Below, piece after piece: positions 47,804 through 62,010 of a stretch of DNA of 64,000 nt. This DNA comes from Lytechinus pictus (taxonomy: Eukaryota): positions 3,846,001-3,910,000 of the forward strand of contig NC_087245.1 of assembly GCF_037042905.1 (NCBI RefSeq). Direction: 5' to 3'. A model generated the notes under the pieces. It saw only the letters and a list, made by a program, of their open reading frames with translations, was not told the DNA's origin and did no database searches. The translations under genes and the position numbers were made by a program. Position 1 is the first letter of the stretch; each line of letters opens with the position of its first letter.

Positions 47804-50800
47804 TATTGATAAATGTTACAGTGTATTCTATTTTCATTTAAATAAAAAAAGAATGTGGAGTACATGTATGTGACATCAACTTTATCATTTGCATATACAT
47901 GTATGATGTGCAACTGTTTTTTTTAAACAAGCAAAACTTCAAAATGTCACAACTCATTCTACTGTATCTGAGTTTGATGAAATTTTCAGACTTAAGCTTG
48001 TTTAATTTTTTCTCTATTTATTTAAATCCACTATTTGTTAGGAAGAACTTGACCTTTAGGGATAAAATAATGTTTTGTCAAACGAGATAAGATGAAACAA
48101 AACATTGATACTAAAAACCAACAATATACACAGCGTAAAGTGGCTTGGGTCAATGGAAAATTATCGGCAAGCAAATTACATTTAAGGTAAATGGTTTAAA
48201 CAAACAAATTAAATCAAAGTTTCATTTACACACGAAAAATATTTATGGGTCCATGGTATAAGTCAGTGTATAAGTGAGTGTGGCTTGAGTAATTCAGAGA
48301 TGATGACTTCTGAATGTCAATGCTATGATTTCAGAAACCTCCCTTTGCATCCAATAGTTTGAACACCTGTATTGAATCAGATTTTCTATTTCCTAATTAT
48401 TTCAGGCAAACCAATAATGAATGCCCTTTTTATGAAATTTTGGTTGAAATTATGTTTCAGTTCTTGAAAAGGAATTTCTAACATTGCATTCTTGGAAACA
48501 TTTTCATGGATAGAAAGGTTTTGTCCAATTACTGGCAAAACAGGTACAATTTTGGTTGGCCTGTATAGGCTGTTGGGATAGGGCCTAAATGTTTCCATTT
48601 TCTTTTCTGAATTTTTAATGTACAGCCTACATTTACAGTACACTATTTGTGTCCATCACTGTAGACTAATCCTTAAGTAGGCCTAAATTAGTCTGCAGGC
48701 ACAGACCCTGATTGGAACTTTGATCAACAAGTGTGCCTCCACGCAAAAACTAGCACATACCTTCAGTACACTTGAGTAGGCTGCAATTCAGACCCTTTAC
48801 TCGAGTGAAGGGTTTGCTCAGCAGACTAGGCTTAAATGATGCTTGCTTTGCCTTGTAAAGTTCAAAATACTAGCATGGAAAGTTCCCAATTCCACTCTTA
48901 ATGAAGAATGATTGCCCCAGTGGATTAAATTGACTGGTCAACTTGAAGTAACTCCAGGGAGTGTACTTTGAATTGGGCTTTATTAGGCTGTTTTTAATTT
49001 CCTGTTTGTAGTTTTTCTTATCTTTACTACAAGTTTGTTTTAGATGTAATTGCTGGTCATAAATTGTTAATACATGTACCTCTAATAAATGTATGTTTTT
49101 CTTTACTCTACCTTGTTTGTATACTCTGGGATTCTACATTATATCAAAGGCCATGCAGATCTACCACCAAAGTACATGTAAGTTGATTTGAGTGAAAATG
49201 AGGAAAATTGTTAACTTTTCTAACACTGTACAAATCTGAAAGTTTTTGCACTTTAAGTTTTGCATGTACACTTTATCTAATGTATGCATATTTTTTTTCT
49301 TCTCAAAAACAGTGCACAAAACAGGTATTATACAAAGAAGGGAGCCGATGATGTCATACTATAGATGAAATATCAAGTATCTTGAATTTTCCTTCATGTT
49401 AATTTTTTTTCCTCTGAAATTTATGCATGATTGCAACTACAGTATAATTATGATTTAATTGAAAACTTCTTTATTATGAAATTAATGGATCTTTCAATCA
49501 CCCTTGATGTGCCTACATTCATCTGTTTTGTGAAACAAATCAAAACTTTAGACTAGTAACATCTGATTTTGATGAAAATTTCGGCATTATGTTTGTTTGA
49601 CTTAATACTGGAGGCCTACATTACATGTACACCATTTCAAATTATATCATTATAGGCCTCCATGTATATTTAATAGGCCTATATACATTTGTAAATCACA
49701 TCAGTCGACATAGGCCTATATACTATTGATTCTTCCACACTATAAAGCGTTTTGTTTATTTCTTTGTGACTCTGCTTCAATTCAGCCACTTTCTACAAGG
49801 AAAGTCACCCACTCCCTTTATAAAACAGTCATTTTCTTTCTTATCCTCAAAGCTTTCAGGACCTTGGACTCCTGCATAACTTGACTTGGAGGAATTAATC
49901 TGAAATGGCAGGTCATTTAAGGTCACCACAGCACAGTAGATGGGTGTTATCCATTCATCTTAAAAACACATGTGAACTTAGCCTTAAGGTTGTAAGCTCC
50001 TGTGGAGTGAAAAGGGAAGGGATGTAAGCATGTTCTCACTCCTGTATTAGTATTACTATTTTTTTTAAATCTCGGGGGCTACTTACTATTCACACCCTAT
50101 CGGCTAAATCTTCAATATTGGGGAAGCTTTAGTATTGCAGCAAATGGGCATTTGTTTCATGTCGCTTTTGATTTTCACCATTTCAAATGGCCCAAGCCCT
50201 GTGTGATTTGTTTTCCCTGAGTCTTAACACGAGTTAAATGTTTCATTATCTATCTACCTGTACATGTACTGTATGTACATTAGGCATAATTTTTCTTTGA
50301 CACAGATTTTCTGGAGATTTTTAATTTCTTACCTTGGTCATGAAAGAAGGGATAGAAGTTGCAATTGTGGCTCTTCAGAGGCTAGGCACATCAGAATGCA
50401 TTTGTAGATTAATACATTTTAGTAGCAAATGATTATTCTATTAGCTTTTTTTAATATGTACTTGTATCCTCACCTTATAGGGGAAGTTCGTTGAAAAGTT
50501 TGTTGTAAAATTACCAGAAAAAAAAACCAAACAAAAAATACTTGTGAAGGTTTTCAAGAGGAAAATCCTTTAAAGATCAAGAAAGTTATTAGATTTTTTT
50601 AATGATATATTTGTGATGTCATACATTATTTAATTAATATAAAATGCATAAATATCAATTTGTAATGGTTCATAATGACTACAATTCTTTTCTTTTCTTT
50701 CAGGAACGGGTGTGAAATAATTTTTATGTTGATATAATGAAGGTGCAATAAAAACATTTTCAATTTTTTGAGAACATTCCTTTTATTTTTTTTCTAAACA

Positions 50801-50907
50801 ATATATGGGGAAGCAACATGTACTTGCATATGACATCACAAATAAAAAAATAAAATTCTATTTCTAATAACTTGATAGTATTTTATGGATTTTCCTCAAA
50901 CCTTTAA

Positions 50908-51970
50908 AGGAGAATGAAACTCTTGGAGCAAGTTAGCTTTTGTGAAAGCAGAAAAATCAAATCTAATAAGATCAACAAAAGTTTGAGTAAAATAGGACTA
51001 CATGTAGCAATAGAAGAGTTATGAGCATTTGAATGTCGAGATCACTAATGCTATGGAGATCCTCCCATTGGCAATGCGACCAAGATCTATGATGTCACTA
51101 GGTGGTTTCAGACCGCCTCGAAGTTCGCCAGTTCCAGGTATTCTCTGATCGGGAAATTTACCCCGATCAGAAAATACCAGGTATTTTGGCGGTGTGAAAG
51201 CAAACTACGCGTAATATCCCCGAAAGAAAATACCCGATAAATAGTAGGTACTTGGCGAAATTACGAGAACTTTCGCGGGGATTTTTCCAAGGTCGTGGGT
51301 ATTTTGGCGGTCTGAAAGCAAGTTACGGGAACTTTTAGCCCAGCGTGTCGTTGGGTGCGGCGCCGTGCATGGGTTGCTGCTGGGCTAGTGATTTTGAATT
51401 TCGCGCCTTGCTGCTTATCAGACCATACTGCGCATGCTCGTAACTTCAGGAACTTATCCCGAAGGGTATGTTTCAGGGCGGTGTGAATGCAGGAATAATA
51501 AAAATAAAAAAAAAAGTTCTTGTAATTTAACGGGGATTCTTGTGATCGAGGCGGTTTGAAACCACCTACTGATGAACAACTCTCCCCTTTTGGACGCTGA
51601 AAATATACCCCAAAACATCTCTTTTTGCTCATTCTAATCATATGACAAACGATTCATCAATGATATAATGTTGTGAAACCTCTGTACTTGTCCTCTCATA
51701 AAGAGAACACCTCACCTTGTGATAGACTCCATAAAAGTGAGAATATAAGTGAAATATGTACTAAAGTAATGAGGGAGTTGTACGTGTGTGACATCACTGA
51801 TCTTGGTCGCATTGCCAATGGGAGGATCTACATGGCATTAGTGATCTCAATATTCAAATGCTCATAACTTTCTTATTATTCATTCAATCTTCCTCAAACT
51901 TTCAACAATATGTTTCTTTGATTTTTCTCTTTGATATGGATTCAGCTGGTTTCAAGGGTTTCATTCTCCT
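50908..51970. mobile_element. Kolobok-like MITE, second family, TTAA TSD
   Basis: ttaa|AGGAGAATGAAAC...GTTTCATTCTCCT|ttaa with ~190-bp TIRs. Confidence 0.85.
51100..51567. mobile_element. Harbinger-like MITE nested in the Kolobok-like element
   Basis: act|AGGTGGTTTCAGACCGCCTCG...CGAGGCGGTTTGAAACCACCT|act. Confidence 0.8.
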
Positions 51971-52282
51971 TTAACAGAATTTCTTATCTTTTTGTCTGGG
52001 TGAACCCCTGTAAGGTCCTGAAGTTAGACATTTCAAGATTTCTTTGACTATTAAAAAATTCCTGCCTTGGACTGTGATGTTTTTTTTCTGAGATACAAGT
52101 TGCATGAAAAACTTGGATCTGATGTCTACAACCATATAACCAATACAGTGCAGTATTATTTAAAAAAAAATAACTTGGCTAAAAGCATTTCAATTTGGTT
52201 CTGCATAACATTTCCCATAAATCTATTCCAAATTCAGCCAAAATGATTTCTACATGTACTTTTATGATAAGGCCTACAATTT

Positions 52283-52549
52283 TAATAAGATTTGTATAGA
52301 GCAAATATCCACCTTGCTTGGTGCTCAAGGCGTTCCTATATTACCCGGCTAAGCTAGTCTACCGATTCCGGTGCGCACAGCTTTTTGAGGAATTACTTTT
52401 CTGCTGGTACCTATTTACCTCACCTGGGTTGAGTGCAGCACAATGTGGGTAAATTTCTTGCTGAAGGAAAACACGCCATGGCTTTGAATCGAGTACACAT
52501 CCTTCAGATTGAAAGACGAGAGTCTTAACCACTAGACCACGATGCCCCC
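52283..52549 (-). mobile_element. tRNA-derived SINE with L2-like tail
   Basis: The minus strand begins GGGGGCATCGTGGTCTAGTGGTTAAGAC (A box), has a central AACCCAGGTGAGGTAAATAGGTACCAG core, and ends in CGCCTTGAGCAC...GTGGAT...CTATACAAAT. Confidence 0.85.
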
Positions 52550-55500
52550 CACTTTATGTCAGAATAGAGAACAACAGACAACATAACCTTATGTTCTCTA
52601 GACGCTGTGTTTGAGAAGTAGGAACATGCTCTTTATAACCACTTGTGTTTGAACCCAATGGAATTTTTCTTTTTGACCCCAATTTAGGAACCTCCAATTT
52701 GAGATGATTTTGAGTCCTGTAGGTGGTAAATATGGAAGCATAATATGGCTGCCTCATGTTCCCCTTGCTGCTCTCACGAGAGTCATCCATTGGAATATGC
52801 AATATGAATTCAATATCTTTCCTTTTGCATGCCTAGCATGTATCAATTTGCTTTGAGAAATAGGAGTTGGAATTAAGATGAATTTTTGTGATAACTTTCA
52901 TGGCTTCAGGGGATAGCTTTTTTCCTTAGTTTTTATACATGCACAGATTGAGTGTGCATTGCATTCAGGAATTTGCCTATTGAGCAACAGATTCAGAATT
53001 TGAGAAGCAGTTGACTTTTGAGATTGAATAGGAGATGCTGATTTCTAATACATTTATTTGAAAAAAATCCTGAATTATATCAGGGAGTGTACACTTGTAC
53101 AAATGGGATTAACAAAAAAAGAAATGGTAGGCCTACACAGCCATTGTTTACTCTGCATATATTTATTTTATATTTTAAATAGATTCGATATCCTATAGGA
53201 CTATAATTAATCAAAGATATGTTTCTGATCTAGTTTAAATATCTGGTATTTCTCTGACCTTCATGAATCATCCTGGTGAGAAAGTAGCAACACTTGTTGA
53301 TCCTGTGAAATAGAACAAACCACTCATTATTTTTATGTGTTTGTGATTTGATTACTAGTATCTGTTTATTGACCCATAAAGTTGATTTAATGCCTCTCAT
53401 AAAAATCTGTATGGAAGAATACAAAGATTTGATTAAATTTTGACCTCTTTTATTTAGTTGATTGTACGTGTAGGCCTACTTCTTTTGAGGGAGTTCTCTA
53501 AAGGAAAGGTACAAATATGATGAATGAGTTGCTTTTTTTTCCTTTAAAATGGACTGGTAAAAGTGTTATTAATTTACCAATATTTAGCAAATTTCTGGCA
53601 TTCAGTATTTACTACATGTATTTCACATCTTATAAAAAGGGATAACTATTTTTTCTTTTCTTTTAACTGAAATGTAATACCAGGAATGATTAATAACAAC
53701 AGAACAAAATATACATAATGAATTAATAGATGAAATCAATATGTTTTTACAATGACTGTATCATATTCAAATGTAGATCCCTTTTGGTTTAAAAAATACA
53801 AGTATACAGGTCAGTATGCGATTGCCTTGTATACAGAGGAACAGACTGTGCATGTACTACTGTGCTTTTTTCTCTCCATTTAAAAAATGATAATTTTTCA
53901 TCAATTATCATTAGCATGGTATGCCTACATTATGGATACCGGTATTCCTCATCAGCCGAACATTCATGCCAAATTTCACTTTTTCTAACACGTGTACGCT
54001 CAAATGATGGCACAATTAAAATGAGGCTGGTATACCCAGGGTGTTAGTCACTGCTTTCATTGATGACAAATGTTTGGTCTGGTAAGGTGGGGTGCATATA
54101 GTCTTCTCATCTTCCAGAATCTGAAGTGCTTGAACTTCAGTGGTCACAGAATTTCATTGCATTTTTGTTTAATATGGGAACCTGTTCTATGGAAAAAATG
54201 GATTCATCATGGACCGATCGACCTGTCTAGACCTAACTGTAAATGTAGATGTAGGCCTATTTCATCAATTGGCATCTACTGAATGTCCAAATTTTTAAAG
54301 CCCTCCTAATAAAAAATGAATTCAATGTAAATGAAGCAATTTTCCATTTCCATGTACATGTATTCCCTTGGGAATGGGGCCCAGAGTACAGCAGTTATGT
54401 ACTAATACAGATCATCCATTAAATTTTCAATCATTTAAGTGCATCATTACGTAATCAGAACAATGCAATGTAATCAAATGCTATACTTATTGTTAGGCCT
54501 ACTAATTCTTTTAGAGCCCACTGTACAGATGTTTTGTTAGAACATATGTGAGCATTCGATTAGAGTTCACATTTATGGTAAATTAATATGTTTGATAGGC
54601 TGAAAGGAAGATTTGTATGTTGGTGGTTTAATAATGGTTGCTCATTATTCTGTAGAAAGGGGTTTGGAGAGTAGACTAGTGCTGACTCTGCGCTTGTCAA
54701 TTTGCTGTATTTTCACTGCCCAGAGCAGAAGAGAGTTGAAATCACACACACCATCCCTCCAGGCATTGTAGGGGTTAATAAAATTGAGATGCAATAAGTG
54801 GGTTTTATAGGGATTAACATGTTCAGTGCCGTCATTGAAGCTGCCTACTAAATGAGTATCGTATGATTAGATTAATATGAATTTGCATCCCAGGCTTTAA
54901 GTTGGTGAAAGGTATGAAATAAGTGAAGTAGGATCCCTTGCTTGTGATATTTCCCTTCAGGCTTTCTGGAATCCACGAGATACAGAGGAGAAAGCAGATC
55001 TGTGTTAGCAGATGGCAATGTTATATACCCTGGTAGAGTGCAAGATAGATCATGATTAACGTACAATCTACGTTATTCACATTGAGTCATTATAAATCCT
55101 CATAGTTAGCAGACAGATTTGAAAATCCATGGCGTTCTATAATGATAATGAGCTTTAAGTGTATTGCACCCCCCCCCCCATTTCTAAATTTCACAACTAT
55201 AAATTTCTGTATATTTGAAATACCATATTTTTTAAAAAATTTTGATCCTGCTGTAGGCCCTACATTATTTTTATGATTTCTTTTACTTATTCTATGTATA
55301 CAGTAGGCCTCTTTGTATCGTACTTTTGGTTTTATTTGAATTTGCAGCCATGGCATTACATGAAAGCGGAAATTTCATCAATTTTAACTATCTAATAATG
55401 ACAAATTATAGCAAGGAAATTCAGAACTACATGTACACGCAGTATGAATAGGTATCCTCAAACAAATAATAAGTTATACAACAAATTATTAAATATTTTG

Positions 55501-56774
55501 TATATTTGTTTTTACTCTAAGTGAATATCATTGTTTTCTTCAAATTCTTTTCCCTTCTGCTCCAAGCACTTTGTTTTTATATGGAGCATTCACCCATGTT
55601 AAACATTATGATATATTTTGTAATGATTATGGTTCATACAGTAATCCTACACTGTAAATTATTTGTTTTGCCACAAGGTGCATTGTGCCAGAATCAATTC
55701 AGTATAGTTTATATTTGAGATGTAATTGGATCTTGTGTCCATTCAAACTACTTCATCTCAGAGATAATTTATCATCTCGTCCCTTCTTAGGAGACATCTT
55801 AAATTGATGGATGACTTCGAGTTGAATGTCTTGACAATTATCTTTGTCATTCACCATAGAGATTGCCAATTTACCATATTTTTGGAGCCTGGCGATTTAT
55901 GTAGGCCCTATATTTCATTTTTCAGAGTGCATTATAGAGTAAAGTGGATTTGGAAACATTAACATTTATGTTGTTAACAGCATTAAACTCCATTCAAACT
56001 TTAATTGAAGGATTATTATTTTGACTCCATTATGAGAAAAAAAAATAATGCAACTTTTTCTACTAGCCTGAATTGCCTGTAAATTATTGTGTGGATACAT
56101 ATTAAATCATTAGTGAGTTCTTGTTGGTTAAAAATAATCTAAAATAAATTTTGTTCAAATTGTCATACAATGTTTACACCTCTATTTATATCCATACATG
56201 TACAAAACATGGAGATACATAGGTCTCTAGACTGCAACCTATGCGCAGTACTGTATACTTGTAATCTGTGGAAAACTAATTGTAGACCTCCATTTCCACT
56301 CATGGACGTATGTACATGTACGAGTACCAGTAGACTACGTTAAAAGTTAATACCCTCTTTAGCATTACAAAACTTTGGCACCTGTTTGCACCAAACCATA
56401 CCTCGTCTACATATTGATTGCGTTTACATCTCCCATCCATCTTTGTATATATTTTGGGACCTCTTTTCACCCCCTCATGACTATTGTCACTCTTCTATTC
56501 TCTACTTTTCAGAGCGGAAATCCTCATTGTTTGATTAGCCTGCCCCCTTGGGTGACCTTCAATATAAGAATAGATACATTCTGCACTAAGCTTATTTTAT
56601 TGTTGACGGGATCTGTCTGTTATCTTAGATTTTGTAAAGCAATAATAAATGATGTGAGCATTCTAGAAATTAGCTGAATCTAATCTGCATGAGAATTCTG
56701 TTGAACATTTCACACTCTTCAAGATTGTAAAAAAAAAGAATATGTCTAAAACATTTTACATGTTTGTAAACAGT

Positions 56775-57030
56775 TCTTGTATAGCTCATGTCTATGCACT
56801 TCCAAAGGACTTTGATTTTATTACCCTGGCTTGAGTCTGGCAGGCTTTACAATGCACAAGCATGTCAATGAATTTATTCCTGCCATGTACTGGTACCCAT
56901 TTACTTCACCTGGGTTGAGTGCAGCACAATGTGGATCATTATCTTGCTGAAGGAAATTATTCCATGGCTGGTATTTAAACCCACGACTCTGTTTCAAAGC
57001 CAAGAGTCTTATCCACTGAGCCACAGTGCT
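56775..57030 (-). mobile_element. Older copy of the same or a related tRNA-SINE
   Basis: Shares cacctgggttgagtgcagcacaatgtgg and tcttgctgaaggaaa with the 52.4 kb copy. The head TGGCTCAGTGG is on the minus strand. Confidence 0.75.
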
Positions 57031-59789
57031 CATATAGTATTGATGTTTGGGCTACATATTGTAGTACATGTACACGCAACTTCTCTTCTATCCTATCTTT
57101 TGGTTAGTTGCCCAATTCAACATCCCAAATCATTTGAGTTTGGAAAATAATTTCCAAGAATGTGCATTAGAGTACAACATTCTGATTTCGATAGCAAATT
57201 GTCTACATTAATGATTTTATGTGAGAGTCATGTCAAGATATTGATCAGTGGCTTTCATAATGTAGGTCCTTTTTTTAGACTAGACCAAGTTATAAAGGAT
57301 TGATCATAGGTGATTCAAGCCTCCAGGTTAGTCTGTGTCAGAGACTCCTTCTGTACACCTCCGGGTATTTGTAGAGTATCTGTCAGTCACTCATTCACTG
57401 TCAACTCAACTCCTCAGGTAATAATGGCCTGTTCAGATATTCTGAAACTTGAGAATTAGAAACGATTTTATGGCTATGCGGCTTGGGTATGTTCAGATAC
57501 GCCAAAATGGATTCTGTTCAATCCTTGTTTTCAGGTTATATGAATTTTGGTATATCATTCACAATATTGAACTTGCATGTGACCAAAATTCAGATCAATT
57601 AAAGCCTAATCAGGTATTCAAGAAACCAAGGATATGCAGAGGAAGAGGATTTTCTATTTTCTACAAAATGACCCTGAGATTCTTCCCCATGCTGATGTTA
57701 ATGCATTTTAAGCTGTTATGATTATGATTTATAATTAATTAGACAGCATGTAACTTGAAGAAGAGGGTTGAATCAGTAGAGTACATAGGAAACATAAGGT
57801 GCCTTGGACAAGCGAGAAAAGCAATAAAAAATTGAAAAAACTCACAATGTACAAAAAGTTCATTTTAACCCACCTTTGAACTTTATTACGTCGCTGTGCT
57901 TCATACAGTCTTTGAATTTTGTTTCTATTTGTTTTTCACATCATGTTTATAGAGTTGTATTGTTTAATCAAGCGTACAAATGTGACTGCATGACAACACC
58001 AACAAGTTGTAGGAATGCGTGTCAAACGTTGGCAAACTATTGACAATCCTGTTTAATCCCACACATGCATGACCCTGCAGCAATAAAGGTGAATCGTTAG
58101 GGTGGTGTACTCAGAAAGTGCAGGCAAACCACACACAAAAAAAATCAAAGTGATTTGAAATTTTTGATGTTTCAGTCTACTATTGTTGAAATGTGTGGAA
58201 GCAGGGAGCTGCATGTATTCCCTGGTTGAATACACATTAGGCCCTTATATTTCTGATATTTGCAGTTTATTTTCTCACAAGCAGGTGTGTTATTTTATCT
58301 GTTTATTGCAAATTTGCAATCATTTAGAAATAGCAAATGTACATTTTTCTTTCAATGTATTTTGTTCTTGAACAAACATGTAGCGTAGTTCTTGCCTCGA
58401 GCTTCTTATAGTTCTGTCACTTATAAAATTCAGACAACCAAAGATAATTGGAAATTCCATGTAAATTCTAAGCTTGAATATTTATGCTAACAACTCATGC
58501 TACATACCATTTCATAACTTCAACGCGGTTGAACATGAGACTTATGAATAATTAACCACAAAGTTTTGAGGGGCCCAAATATGGTATATGGGGCAAATTT
58601 TGCAAAAGATTTTAATATAATATATAGAAACTGATATCATATTTCATCCTTTTTCCTTTCTTTATTTTAGTTTTATCCCCCCCCCCACCCATTTGATCGT
58701 GAAGGTTAAGTGTCCACCCCAATCTATGCGCAAGTGATGGCAAACTATCCATTTTAAATGTTAACATCAGATTGTACAATACATCCACATGAAGGTTCCT
58801 AAAATGGCCTATTGATTTTATACCACATCCTACTGCAAGGAAACCCCATAAAGTTTATCAGAATAGGTTCCCTAGACCATTTTGTCTACAGATACATTTC
58901 ATCACTCAAGCTATTTATCAATTATCTCTTTACCTTGGTCTTTCACAGATCACAATACCCTGTAGGCTTGAGCAAACATTTCAGGTTATTGAACCCCTTG
59001 AATCCCTCAGAACTGCAGTATGATGAGAGACATACATTCATTATTTTGGTTTCTATTTTTTTTATTTTGATTATTATTTTATTTTATTTATTATTTTTAT
59101 TATTCATTTTTTCTTTGAGGGGGGGGGGGGGGCTGCTTATATAGTGACACAACATTTTTCCTGAAAAAAATCTGGTCTTATCTCAGAGGGCATATCCTAG
59201 GGTTAGAGTAAAATGTGTAATAGAGTTTTTGGTTCAGAATAATGTAAAGATAAGGATAGGGGTTTAATTAGCTTTAATATGGAGGTTGGATTTTATGTTT
59301 GGCTATTAAAATGTGCAGAGAAAGTCTCTTCTGTAGGCCTATAATGCTAGGATGCTATGATATCATGTTGCTATTCAGCTAAAGCGGCATGACATGTAAT
59401 CATTCACTGGGGACCTAGTTGACAAAGAGCAGGAACTCTAGAGACATCTTAGCTTTATTGCATACGTGAGCTGATGTAGCAGTGGAATAATAAGTTCTCT
59501 TCATGAAGAAAGTTAAGAGTCTTAAAACTTTTTTTCATGAACTGAACTTTACCCTGCTTCAAGAGTGAACAAAATGATGGAGTACTGTCTACTTCTATGT
59601 AGGTTCTTTCACACCTATTCAAATAAGAAAAAATCTTGGTATTTTGCCAGTGTAAAAAAAGCAATAGCAAAACACTTTCTGTGTTAAGTTGGAATAGTTT
59701 TTCAAAATTCAAGGTTGTATTGATTTTTGCAGTATGAATGCAAATTACAAGGACTCTTGATGTACAATGTAACAAGTAGACCTGTCTAA

Positions 59790-60609
59790 GGCAGTGTTTA
59801 TGCTTCCACTTTTCAGGCCAGAATCAGCGTTTCCATACGTGATTAGTCCAAAACACGGTTGCGTCCATGCTTACTTTCATTTAAATGACGTTTCAAAACA
59901 CCGATCGTTAACTCACAAAAATGTGCGTTTGTAAACGTCGTTTGACCAGAATCAGGCTTTCTGGGGAAGTATAACAGAACCACGATCGTAAACGTGTTTA
60001 AATGACGTCATTTGGTACATGCTTCCAGTGAGACGAAAATCCGCGGGGAAATACAGTCGCATTGCTCCATGGTCGCATGTTACCTCCACGGTCGCATGTT
60101 ACCTACACGGAATTACCTCTCATCTCCCTTGATACATTTGCATGTGTGATAATTGATTTAAGTACTATCACTAGTATTACTCTTCCAATTTGTCATCACG
60201 ATGAATATTGAGGGATTTACAAAAAAAAAAGGAACATGAGTTAAAATGAGGAGACATCGCCAGATGCCCCAGTAGCACAAACAAATAGATGTGTTATTAT
60301 TAGTATGTATCCTCACCATGGTGGAAATTATATGGCTATGTCAAGTAGCTCCATGCAATTACTAAAATATCGGAAATTGTTCGATGTTGAAATAACAGTC
60401 GACGTACCTTCCCCATAACAACCCTTGGGAAAAAAAACTTTCGAAAAAGGGCGCGCCCAATTTGACCTCGCTTTCCTGCTCAACGAAAATTACGATGCGA
60501 AGCCAGCTGGAGTTTGTGATTTTGCCTCTGTAAAGTTAAGCATAAACAGCACTCCCAGGACGTTTAAAAATGCTGAATCTGTCCTCGCAATTGAAGCATA
60601 AACACACCC
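59790..60609. mobile_element. PIF/Harbinger-like MITE with TAA TSD
   Basis: taa|GGCAGTGTTTATGCTTC...GAAGCATAAACACACCC|taa. Confidence 0.8.
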
Positions 60610-60709
60610 TAAGAATGCGGGAGCACTGGTGTCTGTTCAGGCATATCTGAATCCGTGTAATGGATTATTGGATATTTTGAGGTCAAATTACAAGTTCTTG
60701 TACTTTTTA

Positions 60710-61108
60710 GGGCCGTCTGCACCATCCCGAGTTTTCAAATTAGCACGCTATTTCTGATCCGACAAATTAGCCCGATCTGAACAATCTCGAGATTATTTGC
60801 AGTGGAGACGCAATTATCGCGCTGGTTCCTAGGATTAATCTTGAGATTGCAATCCCAAGTCAAATTGGGATTATTTGCAAAATAGCGCGCTATTTTACGA
60901 ATTATTGCGCTAATTCGTAGGTGCAGACGCACTCGGGATTATTTATTCACGGCGTCATACCATAATGCATCGATGCCTCGCTAGAGCAGGAATCGCTCTT
61001 CTTGCGATGGTGGAGACGGGGTTTCTTGAATCTCGAGATTAATCGCAAAGAGGGCTGATCGGGCTAAAATCTCGAGATTGGGCAAACTCGGGATGGTGCA
61101 GCACCGCC
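60710..61108. mobile_element. PIF/Harbinger-like MITE, short internally deleted copy
   Basis: tta|GGGCCGTCTGCACCATCCCGAGTTT...AAACTCGGGATGGTGCAGCACCGCC|tta. Confidence 0.85.
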
Positions 61109-61737
61109 TTATGTGTATTTTTGTTATCAGGCAGATGTTAATACACCTTATGTCCTCACTCTCCTCCCACACTGGACTCCTTGACCTTGATTCAGAAGTT
61201 TGGATGAAGGGAAGGTGAGAAGGGAAGAGGTGAAGATGGAGGGGTGGTAGAAGGATGACAAAGGGAGTACACAAATCTACAAATTACCTCTTCGGCTCTC
61301 CCACCATATTAGGGGATTGTAAGAGGAAGAAAGACAAGAGAGATTGATGGAAAGAATTGAAAATGAGGGGATGGTAGGAAAATTATGATGGGTCTAGTGA
61401 TGGAAAGTATGACAGCTCTGAGATTCTTCCTACATGTACATGTCAACTCTTTGACATAGAAAACCAAGAAGTGGGCTGAGTATGAGGAAGGATACAGATG
61501 GAATAGACTGATGATTGAGAAGGGGTCTTGATTAAACACTCACTATTACTTTATTCTATTGCCTTCATGCTCATGTGTAGGCCTACATGTAACACATATT
61601 CTTAAATGAAAATATAGACCTAATCCTTTTATTTTGGAAAAAATGCAAAGTCCGAAAATTGGTACAAAGGGCCTTAATCACAAGGATGCAATATATGGCT
61701 CAATACTAGAATATTACATTCGAAAGTATGAAGTGCA

Positions 61738-62010
61738 GATCAGTGGAAAAATTGTAATCTTGAACTAAATTACAGAAAGGAGATTGTTCCGATTGATAGA
61801 TATTAAGGGAACTTCTTCTGTTTGCCAATAGAAATAAGATCACTGGAAAATTGTAATCTTGAACTAAAATACAAAAAGGAGATTGTTCCTATTGATAGAT
61901 ATTATTATTAAGGGATCTTCTGCTGTTTGCCAATAGAAAGAAGATCACTGGAAAAATTGTAATCTTGAACTACATGTAAAATAGCAAAAGGAGATAATTC
62001 CTATTGATAA
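61738..62010 (+). repeat. ~100-105 bp tandem repeat, about 2.7 units
   Basis: gatca(g/c)tggaaaa(a)ttgtaatcttgaacta...aaaggaga recurs at ~61738, 61838 and 61943. Confidence 0.85.

Noticed and set aside
52478..52549. tRNA gene
   Set aside because: The B box is degenerate and the sequence continues into a SINE core and LINE-like tail.
54961..55031. Candidate internal exon of the downstream gene
   Set aside because: The acceptor is good but the donor is weak and no peptide is recognisable, so it cannot be supported without transcripts.
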